From a virus (lineage: Duplodnaviria > Caudoviricetes), in IMG/VR virus record IMGVR_UViG_3300031134_000001, positions 192,001 to 256,000 of that record: a stretch of DNA of 64,000 nt; one strand, 5' to 3'. The position numbers and the translations under genes are program-made. Below are positions 60,960 to 64,000 of the stretch, in pieces (position 1 is the first letter of the stretch; the number at the start of each line of letters is the position of its first letter). The notes beneath the pieces were generated by a model that did not search any database, had not been told where the DNA came from, and saw only the letters and a program-made list of their open reading frames with translations.

Positions 60960-63317
60960 GTGAGTTCAAATAACTATCAGATTTATATCAATCAGACTTT
61001 GCAGCTGGTCGAGACGATCGTCATCAAATCGTCCACAACAGCGCGCACTCTTAACGAGTGGGTCGCAGCTGCTATGGCAAGTGGAGGTTATTTCGCCTCG
61101 ATCGACCCTGAACCAACCACATGGAAATATTACCTTAATCTTGCTGGAGAGTACCATAGCATCGACGAAGTGATGACCGTCGTATCCATGGACACTCTGG
61201 AGGAGATCGTTTTCAACAAAGCCAACATGGTGATCCATCGCGCCACAGCGCGAGCTTACCAATACGGCACCAAGCAGTACACCGATCTGGTGGCACGTTT
61301 TCCAAGCCAAGAGCAACTCATCTTGGGCATCTTGTATCCTACCGATATCGACAAAGCAGTCGCGGCCAAAGACGGTGAGATTTTATCTTACCCGCCAGGC
61401 TTGGTAGAAGAAAACGAATACAGCTTGATCAGCAATCTGCAAAAATGGATTTACCATTACAAGCAGCGCTGGCATGTGCCGGGCTTTGACTACACCGACG
61501 AATTGTACACCGCCACCATGTTGGGCAATATGTACTTGCTCCTGGTGCAGGCCGTACTAACGTTTCGTCTGTCTGTGTGCAACACGAACGAAGCACACAG
61601 CTTTCATATTCGGGAGTATTTAGCAAGTCATGGTTTCCTGGACAAGTACTTCGATTCAATGACCAAGAAACAAGCGCTGTACTTCTATCGTAACATCGCC
61701 TACATCGAGCGTCATGCCGGCAAAAATGTTACCTTGGACACATTAATCGAGCATATCATGACCGAGCGTCAGATTCCGCTTGGTGAATACAGCATGAAGC
61801 ACGATGTGACTGACCAGACCGAGACCTTGTATCCTGAAGTCATTTTCCGCAAACGTCAGCTGAACCTGGGCATTATCCTCTCGGACGATAATCGCATCAC
61901 GGTGCCTGAAATGCTGGAGAAGGAAAAGTCTCTGGCCATTGGTAACACGACAGACATCGAAGACGTGTCGGCCAACATCAAAGACTTGATGGAAAACTCT
62001 CCATCAAACGTGGTGGCCACCAAGGTACTTGAGTCGTCGATGATCGATGAGACCAACAGTTCGCCATGGATCTTAAGTGAGGTGCTGTTTAATCATTGGT
62101 TGCTGTTAAGTAGCCAGGGCATCTATACGGCCTACATCAACATCAACAATCCAAAGACGGGTGAGCGCATCCCGTTAACGGCCAAGGAAGCGTTTGTTTT
62201 TGCGCTGTACGTCTTTGCCAAGACCGTGGGTGAAACGTTGGTAACAGTGCCGCCAGCGTATGCTAGCCGGGTGCAGCGTATCCCTACGCCGAGTGTTGAC
62301 GATATCTATTCGATCGTGGACCATAAGCTCATCGGTCGTGAAACAGCAGTTGCCGCGTTGGCTGAACAACCCAAGATCCGGTCATTGATTTCGATCGATG
62401 CGTTCTACAATCTGGGCTCACAGATCAACGACGCCATGCAAATGCAACGCCGCTTGATTGCCCGCCAAGAGCATCACGAAGGTCGGGCGATGGTCCAACA
62501 GATGGTCACGCGGATCTATAGCGACCAGCTGATCGAACTGGAACCAGAAGGTACGCTCTACGACAAGTGGCTCTCTTCACGCAACATTGAAGTGTCATCC
62601 TTCTCGCGGGCTGAGTTTGTGCTTCTGTATAACGACATCGTCTCGCAAGCCACGGGCGCGAGTTTGCATCCGATGCAGTCCATGGCGATCTTGCAAAAAG
62701 ACATGGTGAACATGCTGACGCAGTTGTCGTCGTATGGTATCCAAGTCATTGCGGAAATCAACGACTCGACCATTCGTAAAACAGACTGGCCTGGTGCACG
62801 GTTAGGCACGGTCACGGGATCGATCTCGAACAACCCGAAAAATCCCGATGCGGTCATTGGTCTGGATCGCTTTAGTGCTTCGGTCTCGATGGACGTGATC
62901 GTGGACATGAACCTGCCGGGCGTGGGTCCGACCATCAAGCAGTACGGCACGCACCACGTCGAAGTGGATCTGGCGATGAACGCTGAGTTGGTGGCCAAGC
63001 CCACGACGTTTATGTTTAAGTCGCCGATTGGGAATTTGGGCATCACAAGTCCTGATCCGAAAGACGTTGTGATTCCGCGTGGTTGGGTCTCGTTCATTGG
63101 TATTGAATACTTCTTGTCGTTAACGCCAGAACAGATTGGTGACATCGAAGATCCATACAACCCACCAGGCACCTGGAACCCACCACGTAAAACACCACTC
63201 AATCAAGTGATCGTGATTACGGATCTTAACGGCTTGTACTTAACGGATGGCGACCGGGGCGAACCGCTCTCGCGTAGCATCACTGAGACCAAGTTGGGCA
63301 AAACTTACCCACAGTAA
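60960..63317 (+). CDS. virion structural protein (phiKZ gp128-like, putative baseplate)
   Basis: TWKYYLNLAGEYH, QELILGILYP, HSFHIREYLASHG, QLSSYGIQ motifs; GTG start. Confidence 0.65.
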   Translation: MSSNNYQIYINQTLQLVETIVIKSSTTARTLNEWVAAAMASGGYFASIDPEPTTWKYYLNLAGEYHSIDEVMTVVSMDTLEEIVFNKANMVIHRATARAYQYGTKQYTDLVARFPSQEQLILGILYPTDIDKAVAAKDGEILSYPPGLVEENEYSLISNLQKWIYHYKQRWHVPGFDYTDELYTATMLGNMYLLLVQAVLTFRLSVCNTNEAHSFHIREYLASHGFLDKYFDSMTKKQALYFYRNIAYIERHAGKNVTLDTLIEHIMTERQIPLGEYSMKHDVTDQTETLYPEVIFRKRQLNLGIILSDDNRITVPEMLEKEKSLAIGNTTDIEDVSANIKDLMENSPSNVVATKVLESSMIDETNSSPWILSEVLFNHWLLLSSQGIYTAYININNPKTGERIPLTAKEAFVFALYVFAKTVGETLVTVPPAYASRVQRIPTPSVDDIYSIVDHKLIGRETAVAALAEQPKIRSLISIDAFYNLGSQINDAMQMQRRLIARQEHHEGRAMVQQMVTRIYSDQLIELEPEGTLYDKWLSSRNIEVSSFSRAEFVLLYNDIVSQATGASLHPMQSMAILQKDMVNMLTQLSSYGIQVIAEINDSTIRKTDWPGARLGTVTGSISNNPKNPDAVIGLDRFSASVSMDVIVDMNLPGVGPTIKQYGTHHVEVDLAMNAELVAKPTTFMFKSPIGNLGITSPDPKDVVIPRGWVSFIGIEYFLSLTPEQIGDIEDPYNPPGTWNPPRKTPLNQVIVITDLNGLYLTDGDRGEPLSRSITETKLGKTYPQ

Positions 63318-63379
63318 ACACCATCATCTGGCGATGTACACTTTCTTACCTATTCTTACAATCTTGGAGTAAATATAAA

Positions 63380-64000
63380 ATGGCTGAAAAAACCACCCGT
63401 ACCATTTACGGCATGTACCTGCAAACGTGCGCGCATCTGGGCATTCCTTTCGAAGTGGCCAAGCACACCACACTGAACGAACTGCTGACCATCCAAGCTG
63501 ATCGGGTGCCGGACGAAAACGTTTACCCAACGCTCGGTTACATCAGTCTGGGCAATGGCGGCCTGTCGGCAAGTTTGCTGGCAGACGGTAACCTGGTCAT
63601 GGTGCCCAAGGTTTTCGAACCAACCAGCGCTGCGCCTTACAGCCCACTGCCGCTGATCCTGCGCGCCATTGGCGACGACTTGACTGAAGTGGAGCGTCGC
63701 AAGTACGCGCTGCGCCGGATCGAGAACCGTAACAACGTGAACTACATCGCGTACTACCTGAAGCGGATCGACAAGACCAACCTCAAGGCCGGTATGTTTT
63801 TAACCACGGTAGTAGATGGTGTGAAAAACACGGTGCCGTTTGTGCCAGACTCGTCTGTGCTGCATCCAACACCACCGATCATCAGCAACCCAGGCGTCAT
63901 CACGGCCGACGGCAGTTACGTGAGCGCATCGGCGCCACTGGACGTGATCCTCGATACGCTCGACACGCAAGAGCTGATGAACGTGTTTAACATCATCTAC
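63380..64000 (+). CDS. virion structural protein (phiKZ gp127-like), 3'-partial
   Basis: GGAG RBS; MAEKTTRTIYGMYLQTC...TTLNE...LGNGG; open to the window end. Confidence 0.65.
   Translation, partial: MAEKTTRTIYGMYLQTCAHLGIPFEVAKHTTLNELLTIQADRVPDENVYPTLGYISLGNGGLSASLLADGNLVMVPKVFEPTSAAPYSPLPLILRAIGDDLTEVERRKYALRRIENRNNVNYIAYYLKRIDKTNLKAGMFLTTVVDGVKNTVPFVPDSSVLHPTPPIISNPGVITADGSYVSASAPLDVILDTLDTQELMNVFNIIY

Overview
This window is part of a phiKZ-like (Chimalliviridae-type) jumbo phage genome, standard genetic code, probably infecting a Burkholderiales host (its Dcd and Cca proteins look betaproteobacterial). Roughly 1-41 kb is a plus-strand accessory region: five tRNAs, a candidate hammerhead ribozyme, two or three candidate structured ncRNAs, a gp68-like nvRNAP subunit, dCTP deaminase, a tRNA nucleotidyltransferase next to a second Pol-beta-type nucleotidyltransferase, and tandem paralog arrays. 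Roughly 41.7-64 kb is the conserved core block: inner head protein, SF2 helicase, DnaB-like helicase, major capsid protein, nvRNAP beta N-terminal subunit, portal and baseplate-type structural genes. The strongest novelty candidates are: (1) a hammerhead ribozyme whose stem II is replaced by three hairpins and which would release a ~340-nt pseudoknotted RNA with an architectural twin 40 kb away; (2) a ten-gene array in which nine otherwise divergent proteins end in a shared R-x-x-R-A-A-K-D-L-F-G-type tail; (3) a Cca-like enzyme with a shortened flexible loop, predicted CC-adding, coupled to an unknown nucleotidyltransferase and a LigA domain-Ia-like protein. Family assignments come from recalled motifs, not database searches. 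phiKZ gp numbers are approximate homolog labels. RNA pairings were identified by eye.
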